Below are positions 15,568-23,896 of a stretch of 64,000 nt of DNA, piece by piece; the first letter of the stretch is position 1; the number at the start of each line of letters is the position of its first letter. The DNA is taken from positions 6,542 to 70,541 of the forward strand of contig JAKAEZ010000005.1 of assembly GCA_021819825.1 (NCBI GenBank), read 5' to 3'. This stretch comes from Planctomycetota bacterium. Its GTDB lineage: Bacteria > Planctomycetota > Phycisphaerae > WQYP01. Below the pieces are notes generated by a model. It had not been told where the DNA came from. It did no database searches and was given only the letters and a program-made list of their open reading frames with translations. The position numbers and the translations under genes were made by a program.

Positions 15568-17145
15568 TTAATGCACGTTCACCGGTTTGCTTCGATGGGT
15601 CGGTATTTTTAGAAAAAATACAAAGGGAATGCAGCACACTACCAGCACCGCCATTAAGCGGAAGTTAAACACATACGCCATGACGCCGGCTTGTTGAACC
15701 AGAGACTGGTAGATCAATGCAAATGCCTGTTGATGGGCGGTAACCGCCGGAGCGTGCGCGGCGAACATGCCCTGGAGATGATTCACCCGAGTATTAAACA
15801 CAGGATTCAATTGTGTGGTGTGTGACACCAGCATATTCTGGCTGCTTTGACTTTCACGGCTAAGCAAGGCGGTGGTCACCGAAATACCGAAAGCACCACC
15901 GATATTCCGCATCAGATTGTAAATACTTGTGGCATTGCCCATCTGATCGTTGCGCAAGGTCCCAACCGCTGTGGTTGTCAGAGGTATAAACAACATGCTT
16001 GTGGCAAATCCGTTGATGATAATAGGCCAGGTAACGCTGAATTTTCCAATCTCCGGGTCGACGTGCCCCAGCAGGAAACTTGAGTAGGCCAAGGCCAATA
16101 GTGCGCTAATCATCAGAAATCGGTTGTCAATAAGATTCGTCAGTCGCCCGATGACCAATATGCCGATCACCGAACCAATTCCGCGCGGACTTACAGCCAA
16201 GCCGCTGTCCAACGCGGAGTAGCCCATGATTGTCTGAAGAAAAAGCGGCAGAAGCGCTGTCGTGGCGTACAGCACAATACCGACAATGAATATCAAGATT
16301 GTACCGATCAGCAGATTACGATTTTTTAACACCCGCAAATTTACCAGCGGTGCGTCACTGGTAAGCTCCCACACAATAAACGCGAGAAAGCCCAGTACGG
16401 CGATAGCCGCAAACCACCGGACCCACACAGCGCCAAACCAGTCCGCGTCCTGTCCTTTATCCAACATGATTTGCAGCGCCGCAATCCACACCGAAAGTAA
16501 AATAAAGCCGACGGTATCCAGTTTGGTCTTCAGGGCATGTCGGATGTAGGGTGGATCCTCCACGTACGTTTGCACCATAAGAAACGCCACCATCGCAACA
16601 GGGATATTAATGTAAAATACCCATCGCCAGGAAAAGGAATCGGTAATCCATCCGCCGAGCGTCGGCCCGATAACCGGTGCGCAAATCACGCCAAAGGTAT
16701 AAAACGCCATGGCTTGTCCGCGCTTTTCCACAGGGAAACTTTCCAGCAAAATTGCTTGGGCACTGGGCTGTAAGGCCCCCCCGCCGGCACCCTGAATAAC
16801 CAGCGCAAAGATTAAAAATGGAAAATTGGGAGCTGCGCCCGCCAGTACCGAGGCTATCGCAAAGATCGAAATACAGGTTAATAAAAACCGTTTCCGCCCG
16901 AAGGTTCGGCTCAACCACCCGGCGGCGGTCAATACCACTGCGTTGGAGATCAGATAGCTGGTCAATACCCAGGTTGCGTCATCCGGCGTGATGGACATGC
17001 TGCCGGCGATGTGTGGCAATGCCACGTTGGCAATAGAGGTGTCCAGCACCTCCATAAACGTGCCCAGCATCACGGATACCGCGATCATCCACGGGTTTGC
17101 CTGCGGCTTCCATAGCGCGTGGTCCTGCGACAATGCAGTGCTCAC
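15568..17145 (-). CDS. MFS transporter, DHA2 (EmrB/QacA-like, 14-TM) family
   Basis: 525 aa. N-terminus ...MLGTFMEVLDTSIANVALPHIAGS... and GWLSRTFGRKR (motif A-like). Confidence 0.85.
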   Translation of the reverse strand: MSTALSQDHALWKPQANPWMIAVSVMLGTFMEVLDTSIANVALPHIAGSMSITPDDATWVLTSYLISNAVVLTAAGWLSRTFGRKRFLLTCISIFAIASVLAGAAPNFPFLIFALVIQGAGGGALQPSAQAILLESFPVEKRGQAMAFYTFGVICAPVIGPTLGGWITDSFSWRWVFYINIPVAMVAFLMVQTYVEDPPYIRHALKTKLDTVGFILLSVWIAALQIMLDKGQDADWFGAVWVRWFAAIAVLGFLAFIVWELTSDAPLVNLRVLKNRNLLIGTILIFIVGIVLYATTALLPLFLQTIMGYSALDSGLAVSPRGIGSVIGILVIGRLTNLIDNRFLMISALLALAYSSFLLGHVDPEIGKFSVTWPIIINGFATSMLFIPLTTTAVGTLRNDQMGNATSIYNLMRNIGGAFGISVTTALLSRESQSSQNMLVSHTTQLNPVFNTRVNHLQGMFAAHAPAVTAHQQAFALIYQSLVQQAGVMAYVFNFRLMAVLVVCCIPFVFFLKIPTHRSKPVNVH

Positions 17146-17230
17146 AGAATCACTCCCGTGGTTCTTTCAGACTTGATCCTACCCTTATGGCCTTCATTGC
17201 GGCGCAACCTTTTCCAGGCGGCATGACTGT

Positions 17231-17635
17231 TCAAGCCGGGTTGGCGGCAAGTTTGTACATGACAAACCGCACCATCGTATTGACCGTAAATACGTCCCGG
17301 AATTTGCTGATATCCGGATCCTGTTCAAACGCAGTCATATCCGCCACCGCAAATGGCATACGTTTTTTCAGTTCCGCAATGCCGCCGGCGGTAAGTTTGC
17401 CATTGCTGACCAACTCGGGGTTTGTCAGGAACGACTCAATACTCATGTCGCCGGGCTGAATTTTGATGCCGAATGCTTTTTCCAACTGGAATTGAATATC
17501 CAGATAATCAATGGATTCCGCGCCCAAATCCTGCGTGAGCTTGGATTCCGGTTTGACATCATCGCTATCCACCGCCAGAGCCGAAGTCAAAACATCACGG
17601 ACTTTGGCAAAAACTTCTTCTTCTGTCATCGGCAT
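17231..17635 (-). CDS. Acyl carrier protein-like protein with C-terminal extension
   Basis: The N-terminal ~80 aa follow the ACP pattern (LTQDLGAESIDYLDIQFQLEKAFGI, with the Ser at the phosphopantetheine position). An extra ~55 aa follow. Confidence 0.6.
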   Translation of the reverse strand: MPMTEEEVFAKVRDVLTSALAVDSDDVKPESKLTQDLGAESIDYLDIQFQLEKAFGIKIQPGDMSIESFLTNPELVSNGKLTAGGIAELKKRMPFAVADMTAFEQDPDISKFRDVFTVNTMVRFVMYKLAANPA

Positions 17636-17757
17636 GTAATACTCCCGTTATCCTTCTATAGGAAACACTTAAGAAAATAAAACCACGACCCAGCCATCCC
17701 GGCAATAAGAGCCGCACGACTGCCGCCTGCACGCACAGGCAGCCGGTGTACCCTTTT

Positions 17758-18237
17758 TTAAGCGGCGACGGCTCGCTGAAGCTGCTGCCATTGTCGCCGC
17801 AATTGTTCTATTATAACAGCATCCAGCGCGGCGAGGCTGGAATCAGTATTTTTAAGACTTTTATGTACCAACTCAATACGGCCCTGAATCGCGGTTGCCT
17901 GACCGACCGTACCGCGAATTTTAAATTCACTGCCCTGCGCTGCCATACGAGTAACCTCCGCATGCACACGCAAGGCATTGCCCGGCGCTACAAACGAGCC
18001 ATACCGAATCCCCCTGGCTTCCCGCAGCACCACCAAGCTATGCTCAAACCCTTGGCATTCGCGTACCAGCCACGCCGCGGCCTGCACAGCCGCTTCCAGC
18101 ATCATCACCCCCGGTAGCACTGGAAAATCCGGAAAATGGTCCGCGAGATATTCCTCCGCCAGGCTTACCTGCTTGATCATGGTAATCGCCTTGCCGGATT
18201 CCAGACTTACCAGCGCATCGACCAGGGAAAATTTCAA
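17758..18237 (-). CDS. FabZ/FabA-like hotdog-fold dehydratase
   Basis: ...YLADHFPDFPVLPGVMMLEAAVQAAAWL... matches the FabZ active-site region (HFP..P.hPGV...E). Confidence 0.75.
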   Translation of the reverse strand: MKFSLVDALVSLESGKAITMIKQVSLAEEYLADHFPDFPVLPGVMMLEAAVQAAAWLVRECQGFEHSLVVLREARGIRYGSFVAPGNALRVHAEVTRMAAQGSEFKIRGTVGQATAIQGRIELVHKSLKNTDSSLAALDAVIIEQLRRQWQQLQRAVAA

Positions 18238-18704
18238 TTCACGACACCTTGTTTCGCCGGCCTTTCAGCCAAAAGCCCACCGGGAGCAGCACACGCTTTC
18301 CAACTTCCGACGGCATGCTGCATTTTTACACGCTTTGCGGCGTTTTGACAAGAAGCGTTACCGGATGTGCGCGGTTATTCGACTGGATCAGGTATCACAG
18401 CGAGTGCCATTATTTCTGAATTTTTCAAAGATACGAAGGGTATTGAGCCGATGCTCAAAAGAGTTATATGGAGGTCAAGCTATTTTCATACCTATCTGTG
18501 TTAATAAATTATTTGACATTGATATAATTTAATTTATTATGGAAGGAGGTACGTAAAAGCAATGGCGAGCCAATACGCGGTTACTCGTGTCTGGCTGGTT
18601 GATTGCTGATTTATCTTTTTGACGTAACCGTTATATGATCCCGCAAACAGGGACTTTGGCGGTATTGTTCAGTAGTTCTCAACGCTGCATTTCGGAGTAT
18701 TGAT

Positions 18705-19025
18705 ATGGTTTCCAAAGCGGATATGGAAAAAAGCCAGATGGAATTATGCGATTTATTTCGGCTTTTATCTGATCATACGCGCCTGCAAATTGTCTTGTTT
18801 TTAGCCACAGGTGAGCACACGGTCACCGACTTGTGCGCAGCCCTGAATTTGCCCCAACCCACAGTCAGCCATCACCTTGGCCTTTTGCGGATGAATCGTT
18901 TAATCGTCAATGAAAGACAGGGAAAAAAGGTTATCTATTCCCTTAGTCCTTCCGCGCGAAGTTTGAAGAAGGCGATTAAATTTTCGGTACCCCCCTACGC
19001 GGTCACACTCGAGGACAGCCACTGA
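18705..19025 (+). CDS. ArsR/SmtB-family transcriptional regulator
   Basis: LFRLLSDHTRLQIVLFLATGEHTVTDLCAALNLPQPTVSHHLGLLR is the canonical ArsR winged HTH. Confidence 0.9.
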   Translation: MVSKADMEKSQMELCDLFRLLSDHTRLQIVLFLATGEHTVTDLCAALNLPQPTVSHHLGLLRMNRLIVNERQGKKVIYSLSPSARSLKKAIKFSVPPYAVTLEDSH

Positions 19026-19059
19026 TCTATGACAATGCACTGAAGTGGTTTCCACTTAA

Positions 19060-20397
19060 GTGCTGTCCCGCACGTCAGAGATTCGGTCGTGTCCCCACAG
19101 CGATGTCCGGAGTGCCGCCGTGGATGCTGTCAAGTTTATTCCCGATGATCTCGCGTGCACGATTGCAGGTCTGAACTACCTGCAGACAGTACCGGGCAAA
19201 GCCCTGACTGCGGCGGTAACCCGTCGGCTTGCCCAGGAGAAAACAATTGCGGTTGCGGATGTTGCGTTATGGCGAAGGGAGCATCCCGAATACGCGGTGC
19301 CCTGTGCCATTGCCGTTTCGCAATGCCGCTTAAAAGGCACCGACAAATTTCCTGGAAAGTCCAATGAGCTATGGGCCGTTCCCGAAGCCCTGCAACAGGC
19401 GACCTCGGCCAGAGTCGCCGCCTATAAAGCGCAGCGGATTGCGGAATTAGCGCAGCCCAAAATCGTCCTGGATCTGTGTTGCGGCATCGGCGGCGATATG
19501 CTGGCTCTGTCCCGCATAGCACCCGTGCTGGCGATGGACATCAGCATGGTTCGCGTGTGGATGGCCCACCATAACGCCTTGGTATTTCCCGAAAAATACC
19601 GGGTTATGGCGGTTCAGGGAGATTTGCAGAATTTTCCCGTTCACCTTACGTCCGGAATCTTTGTCCACATTGACCCGGCCCGACGGTCTGATGGGAAGCG
19701 CAATTATGATTTTTCCGCCACGCACCCCGCCCCGAGCGTGCTTTTAAGAATCTTAGAAAAAGCTTACGCCGGCGTTATTAAACTAAGCCCAGCCGTAAAT
19801 TTCTCGACGTTGCCGACTGGACATCTGGAACTCATCAGCGAAAACGGCACCGTTGTACAGGCATTACTTTGGACGGGAAGCGTCGGTACAAAACTCGGCG
19901 AAAATAAACGAACCGCCACGGTCATTGATCGCCGCACAACATGGTCCATTTGCGAATCCAGTACCGACTGTGCCCCTCCGGAATTACATGCCTACCAGCC
20001 GGAAAAGTGGCTCTACGAAATCGACGGCGCTGTTACAAGGAGCCGCCTGGCCGTCGCTCTGGCGAAAGCGATTAAACTGCGCTGGCTTAGCCCTGACGGC
20101 GGTTACATGACCGGCCAGCAATACCTTCACCATCCTGCTTTAGCGGCCTTTGAAGTGTGTGACCATTTCGCTTATACCGAATCGGAACTCTTTAAAAAAC
20201 TAAAACACGCCTGCACCAAATACCCCCCCGCCGCCGGCACCATAGAAGTGAAAACCCGCGGCGGACTGGGGCTGAACACTGATGAATTACAAAAAAAAAT
20301 GTCCAAAATCTGCCATTGCGGTCTCACAGTCCTCATCTATCGTTGCGCACATGGAAAAGCCTGTATCATCGCCCGGCGGCCGATAATCGCCAAATGA
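19060..20397 (+). CDS. Class I SAM-dependent methyltransferase with N- and C-terminal extra domains
   Basis: VLDLCCGIGGDMLAL is SAM motif I (similar to RNA cap guanine-N2/TGS1-like methyltransferases). GTG start; the true start is uncertain. Confidence 0.7.
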   Translation: MLSRTSEIRSCPHSDVRSAAVDAVKFIPDDLACTIAGLNYLQTVPGKALTAAVTRRLAQEKTIAVADVALWRREHPEYAVPCAIAVSQCRLKGTDKFPGKSNELWAVPEALQQATSARVAAYKAQRIAELAQPKIVLDLCCGIGGDMLALSRIAPVLAMDISMVRVWMAHHNALVFPEKYRVMAVQGDLQNFPVHLTSGIFVHIDPARRSDGKRNYDFSATHPAPSVLLRILEKAYAGVIKLSPAVNFSTLPTGHLELISENGTVVQALLWTGSVGTKLGENKRTATVIDRRTTWSICESSTDCAPPELHAYQPEKWLYEIDGAVTRSRLAVALAKAIKLRWLSPDGGYMTGQQYLHHPALAAFEVCDHFAYTESELFKKLKHACTKYPPAAGTIEVKTRGGLGLNTDELQKKMSKICHCGLTVLIYRCAHGKACIIARRPIIAK

Positions 20398-20454
20398 AGA
20401 AAGCAGGCGACGCAGTCGCGTCCACGGAGAGGCGCGTTACGTTCCAATTTATCT

Positions 20455-20717
20455 CTAGTGCCCTGTTCCGGTCATAATTACGGGTTGACGGAGGGCCAAG
20501 GGGTTGTGGGCGCGAAGCGAGGAGGATTGCGTATGGATGCATACGTTGACGGCGAGCGACAAAGCCCGCGGCCCCTTGGCCCCCGCCCGAAGGGTTGGCC
20601 TTAAACCGGCCATCTGCGGCGTCGCGTCGGCTCAAGGGGTTTACGAACCCGGTTCTCGCCGCATCTGGCCGGTTTAAGGCCAATCAACCCGTAATTATGG
20701 CTGGAACAGGGCACTAG
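20455..20717 (+). ncRNA. Unclassified structured RNA element, copy 1 (263 nt)
   Basis: 34-bp closing helix 20455-20488/20684-20717, with two G-U pairs only if the + strand is read. Inner helices: 20490-20503/20572-20584, 20506-20511/20564-20569, hairpin 20530-20545, 20597-20611/20667-20681, 20615-20621/20657-20663, and hairpin 20637-20650 with a UACG loop. The helices covary with copy 2. Confidence 0.75.
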
Positions 20718-20951
20718 CTTTCGGATTGTTTTTTCACCAATTTCGCCTTTTCTTCGTTTGCAAATTCCACACAAAACAATACATATATAGGGCCATTGGG
20801 GCAAATGCGCGTTTCCTCAATCGCGTGTCCTGTCCAGAGACATTTTAGTGTTTTTGATATTTCCTGGGCCACAACGTACAGCGGTCAGGAACGGTTGCAA
20901 CTTTTTTTACCTGTGTTACAGTATTGATCGAAGTCAATACAGGAGATATTC

Positions 20952-21932
20952 ATGCACTATAGAATACTGGGTCGTACCGGCGTTAAAGTAACGCCGCTTT
21001 GTCTGGGCACGATGAATTTTGGATCTCGCAGCGATGAGGCGCAAGCGTGTGCCATTCTGGATGCGTATACATCCCTGGGTGGTAACTTTATTGATACCGC
21101 CAATGTTTACAACGACGGACGATCGGAGGAGATCATCGGGCGCTGGATGAAGCGGACTTCCAAACGCGATGAAATTGTGCTGTCGACCAAAGTCCATGGC
21201 CGCCGATCACCGCACATTAATGATGCCGGCAATCACCGATGGCATATTGTGCGGGAAGTCGAAAAATCGCTTAAGCGTCTGAACACTGAACGCATTGATG
21301 TTTATCATATTCATCGTCCGGATACTGATACGCCCATTGATCAGACGTTGCGGGCGCTGGATGATCTGGTTCGGCAGGGTAAGGTGCTTTATCTGGCCAG
21401 CAGTGTCTTTGCCGGTTGGCAGTTGGCCGAAGCGCATTATGTTGCCCAGTCGCTGGGAACGGCCCGATTTGATATTGAGCAACCGCAATTAAATATTATT
21501 GACCGCCGGATTGAAAGTGAAATCCTGCCCTTCTGCCGCAAGTATGAAGTGGCGACGATCACCTGGGCACCGTTGGCGCGGGGTCGCCTGGCGGGCGTAT
21601 ACACGCGCGGCGGCCGAAAAATTCCCAAGGGCAGTTGGTACGACGCACAAAAGAAAACCGACTTTCCCGCCAGCCAATGGCCGGTAATGGAAGCGGTGGA
21701 TCGGCTGGCCGACGCGCGGGGAGTTTCCAGCAGCCAATTCGCGATCGCCTGGTGTTTGCAGGTTCCGGGCGTCACGTGCCCCATCATCGGTCCGCGCACA
21801 GTTGAACAATTGCAGGATAATATGGCGGCATTAAAGTTCACACTTTCCGCGGAAGAATTAAAAAGCGTAGACGAACTTAATCCACCGGGAAATCTCTGCC
21901 GCGACCCGCAGCTTGGCGCTGTGCCGCGTTAA
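20952..21932 (+). CDS. Aldo/keto reductase
   Basis: LGRTGVKVTPLCLGTMNFG...FIDTANVY..G.SEEIIG is a typical AKR N-terminus. 326 aa. Confidence 0.9.
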   Translation: MHYRILGRTGVKVTPLCLGTMNFGSRSDEAQACAILDAYTSLGGNFIDTANVYNDGRSEEIIGRWMKRTSKRDEIVLSTKVHGRRSPHINDAGNHRWHIVREVEKSLKRLNTERIDVYHIHRPDTDTPIDQTLRALDDLVRQGKVLYLASSVFAGWQLAEAHYVAQSLGTARFDIEQPQLNIIDRRIESEILPFCRKYEVATITWAPLARGRLAGVYTRGGRKIPKGSWYDAQKKTDFPASQWPVMEAVDRLADARGVSSSQFAIAWCLQVPGVTCPIIGPRTVEQLQDNMAALKFTLSAEELKSVDELNPPGNLCRDPQLGAVPR

Positions 21933-22012
21933 CCCAGCGGCCCCGGCACCATTACAGCGCGGAATTAGTACCGCTAAGTGAGCCTTGCGCCGGCACACCG
22001 CGGAGATACAGA

Positions 22013-23113
22013 TTAATCTGATACGTCATCTTGGGGAGATGTAATCTGGTTTTCGGCGTCGGGATCGTCGGCTTGGTTTTTTTTCCGGGCGGTAACCAAT
22101 GTTGCCAGAACCACGCCCAGAACGTACAGCATAACCAGCGGCAGAAAAATGCTGGAAAACGTGACAATATCCGGTGTCGGTGCCAGCAATGCCGAGAGTA
22201 CCGCGAGAATCAGCACCGCATAGCGCCACATTTGGCGGAATTTATGCGCCGGCATAACGCCGATCTGAGCCAATACCATCATGACCATCGGCAATTCAAA
22301 AGCTAATCCGAATACCAGCGCCATGATTGTTACAAATCCCAGATAATCATGGAGCATGGGCAACGGCGCAAAAAGCGAATTGGCCGGCTGCGCATTAATT
22401 GCCAGAGTTTTATTATCCGCGTGAATCAACAGCCGGCCCTGCACGGCGTTATACCAAAGCGCAATGTGATGTTTGGGGAAATGTGTGGGATTGCTGCGCA
22501 CCATCGGTATAAGTAGTGGCTTGGCCTGATCGCCGGTTGGCAAATTAGCCCAATTATTGCCCACCATTTTATTGCCATAAATCAGATTCTCAATGGGGCT
22601 GGGTTGCAGGTGCGGCATGGGCACCTGCTGATTAAATGCGAGAAAAAATTTCAGCATGATTGGCAGCACAAGGAGAAAAAAGAATACCACGCCTGATATA
22701 AACAGGAAGATACTCGGACCGATATATCGATACACCAGCGATCGCTCCCGCTGGTAAAGTCCCGCCGCGACGAAAAGCCAGAACTGATAAATGATCCACG
22801 GGCTGGACAGCAGCAATCCGGCCTTAATTCCCAACATCAGATACATAATGACGTTACCGGCGGGCTTATTGTAAAGCAGATACTGTGGATATCCGGAATA
22901 ACGTAAGGCCAGCAGATACGGCTGAAATAGAAAGTCGATAATGTAATTAGCGAACAACGTGCAGATGGCAATACCAACCGCCGCCCCCAGCAGCGACAGG
23001 ATCAGGCGCTTGCGCAAGTCGTCAAGATGATCGCCAAACGACATGGCGGGCATCTGCTCTTCGTCGCCGGGGGCCTGGGAAATCTTGGCCAGAAAATGTC
23101 GCCATAGGGCCAT
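22013..23113 (-). CDS. tatC: Twin-arginine translocase subunit TatC (with ~90-aa loop insertion)
   Basis: MSFGDHLDDLRKRLI..., six TM segments and the ...LLAPTPDIVT... motif. At 366 aa it is longer than the ~250-260 aa usual length. Confidence 0.85.
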   Translation of the reverse strand: MALWRHFLAKISQAPGDEEQMPAMSFGDHLDDLRKRLILSLLGAAVGIAICTLFANYIIDFLFQPYLLALRYSGYPQYLLYNKPAGNVIMYLMLGIKAGLLLSSPWIIYQFWLFVAAGLYQRERSLVYRYIGPSIFLFISGVVFFFLLVLPIMLKFFLAFNQQVPMPHLQPSPIENLIYGNKMVGNNWANLPTGDQAKPLLIPMVRSNPTHFPKHHIALWYNAVQGRLLIHADNKTLAINAQPANSLFAPLPMLHDYLGFVTIMALVFGLAFELPMVMMVLAQIGVMPAHKFRQMWRYAVLILAVLSALLAPTPDIVTFSSIFLPLVMLYVLGVVLATLVTARKKNQADDPDAENQITSPQDDVSD

Positions 23114-23158
23114 ACGTGTTATATCCGTCTCAATTGGCAGAGGCCAAAGTCCTGCGAC

Positions 23159-23896
23159 TCATAGCGTACTAGCCACAATTTTTCCATCCTGTAACGTTAC
23201 CACCCGGTCCGCCTGGGCCGCAATATGAATATCATGCGTAACCAGAAGAATGCTCTGGCCGCTTCCTTTGTGCAAGCCCCGCAGGACATCCAGAATCGTC
23301 TGGCCGGTCTTGGGATCAAGATTACCTGTCGGCTCGTCCGCCAAGACCAACGCGGGTTCATTGATCAAGGCCCGGGCAATAGCCACACGCTGGCGCTCAC
23401 CACCGGACAACTGCGAGGGTCTGTGCCGCAAACGGTCCTTCAGCCCAAGCTGCTCCAGCAGTTCCAAGGCTCGCCGCTTGCCCGGTCTGGCCCGGATACA
23501 GGCTTTATACCATGGAGCACAAACCATAGCCGGAAGCAGGACATTTTCCAGAACGCTTAATTCCGGTAATAAATGATAAAGCTGAAATACAAAGCCGAAG
23601 GCGTGGTTTCTCAGGCGGTGCCTGGAATGGCGGGAAAGGCGGCTTACCTCCTGCCCGCGGAACATCACCGATCCGGCATCGGCCGACTCCAAAGCGCCGG
23701 CGATATGCAGCAGCGTGCTTTTGCCGGAACCCGAGGCTCCCACCAGCGCGACGAATTCCCCTTCACGAACCGTCAGAGAAGCTCCACATAATACCCGCAC
23801 ATCCGCCGGCCCCAGGCGGAATGTTTTGGTAATGTTGCTTAATTCCAACATCGCTTTACGTGTCGTAAAATCACTGGTCATAGTCGTATTATTCAT
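23159..23896 (-). CDS. ABC transporter ATP-binding protein, LolD/MacB-type
   Basis: GASGSGKST Walker A, LSGGERQRVAIARAL signature, LVLADEPTGNLD Walker B. Start set at ATG 23896 (8-nt overlap with the upstream permease). Confidence 0.9.
   Translation of the reverse strand: MNNTTMTSDFTTRKAMLELSNITKTFRLGPADVRVLCGASLTVREGEFVALVGASGSGKSTLLHIAGALESADAGSVMFRGQEVSRLSRHSRHRLRNHAFGFVFQLYHLLPELSVLENVLLPAMVCAPWYKACIRARPGKRRALELLEQLGLKDRLRHRPSQLSGGERQRVAIARALINEPALVLADEPTGNLDPKTGQTILDVLRGLHKGSGQSILLVTHDIHIAAQADRVVTLQDGKIVASTL

Noticed and set aside
18520-18610. TTGACA-16-TATTAT promoter-like sequence followed by GGAAGGAGG and a 15-codon ORF (MASQYAVTRVWLVDC) upstream of arsR
   Set aside because: The SD-to-ATG spacing is long (12 nt), and the region is AT-rich, where such matches arise easily. 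It is kept only as a possible promoter for arsR and is not reported as a gene.
20366-20683. 105-aa minus-strand ORF, and similar ORFs at 49870-50190, 50048-50251, 50055-50270 and 49880-50125
   Set aside because: They lie across the two structured-RNA copies. The two copies do not conserve these frames, whereas the base-pairing is conserved. They are therefore by-products of GC-rich helices.
20455-20717. Interpretation of the two elements as a MITE with terminal inverted repeats
   Set aside because: Transposase-recognised TIRs are conserved in sequence. Here 13 of 34 stem positions differ between the copies, with exact compensation, and internal helices also covary. I found no target-site duplication flanking either copy. 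Mobility is not excluded, since both copies end in CTAG.
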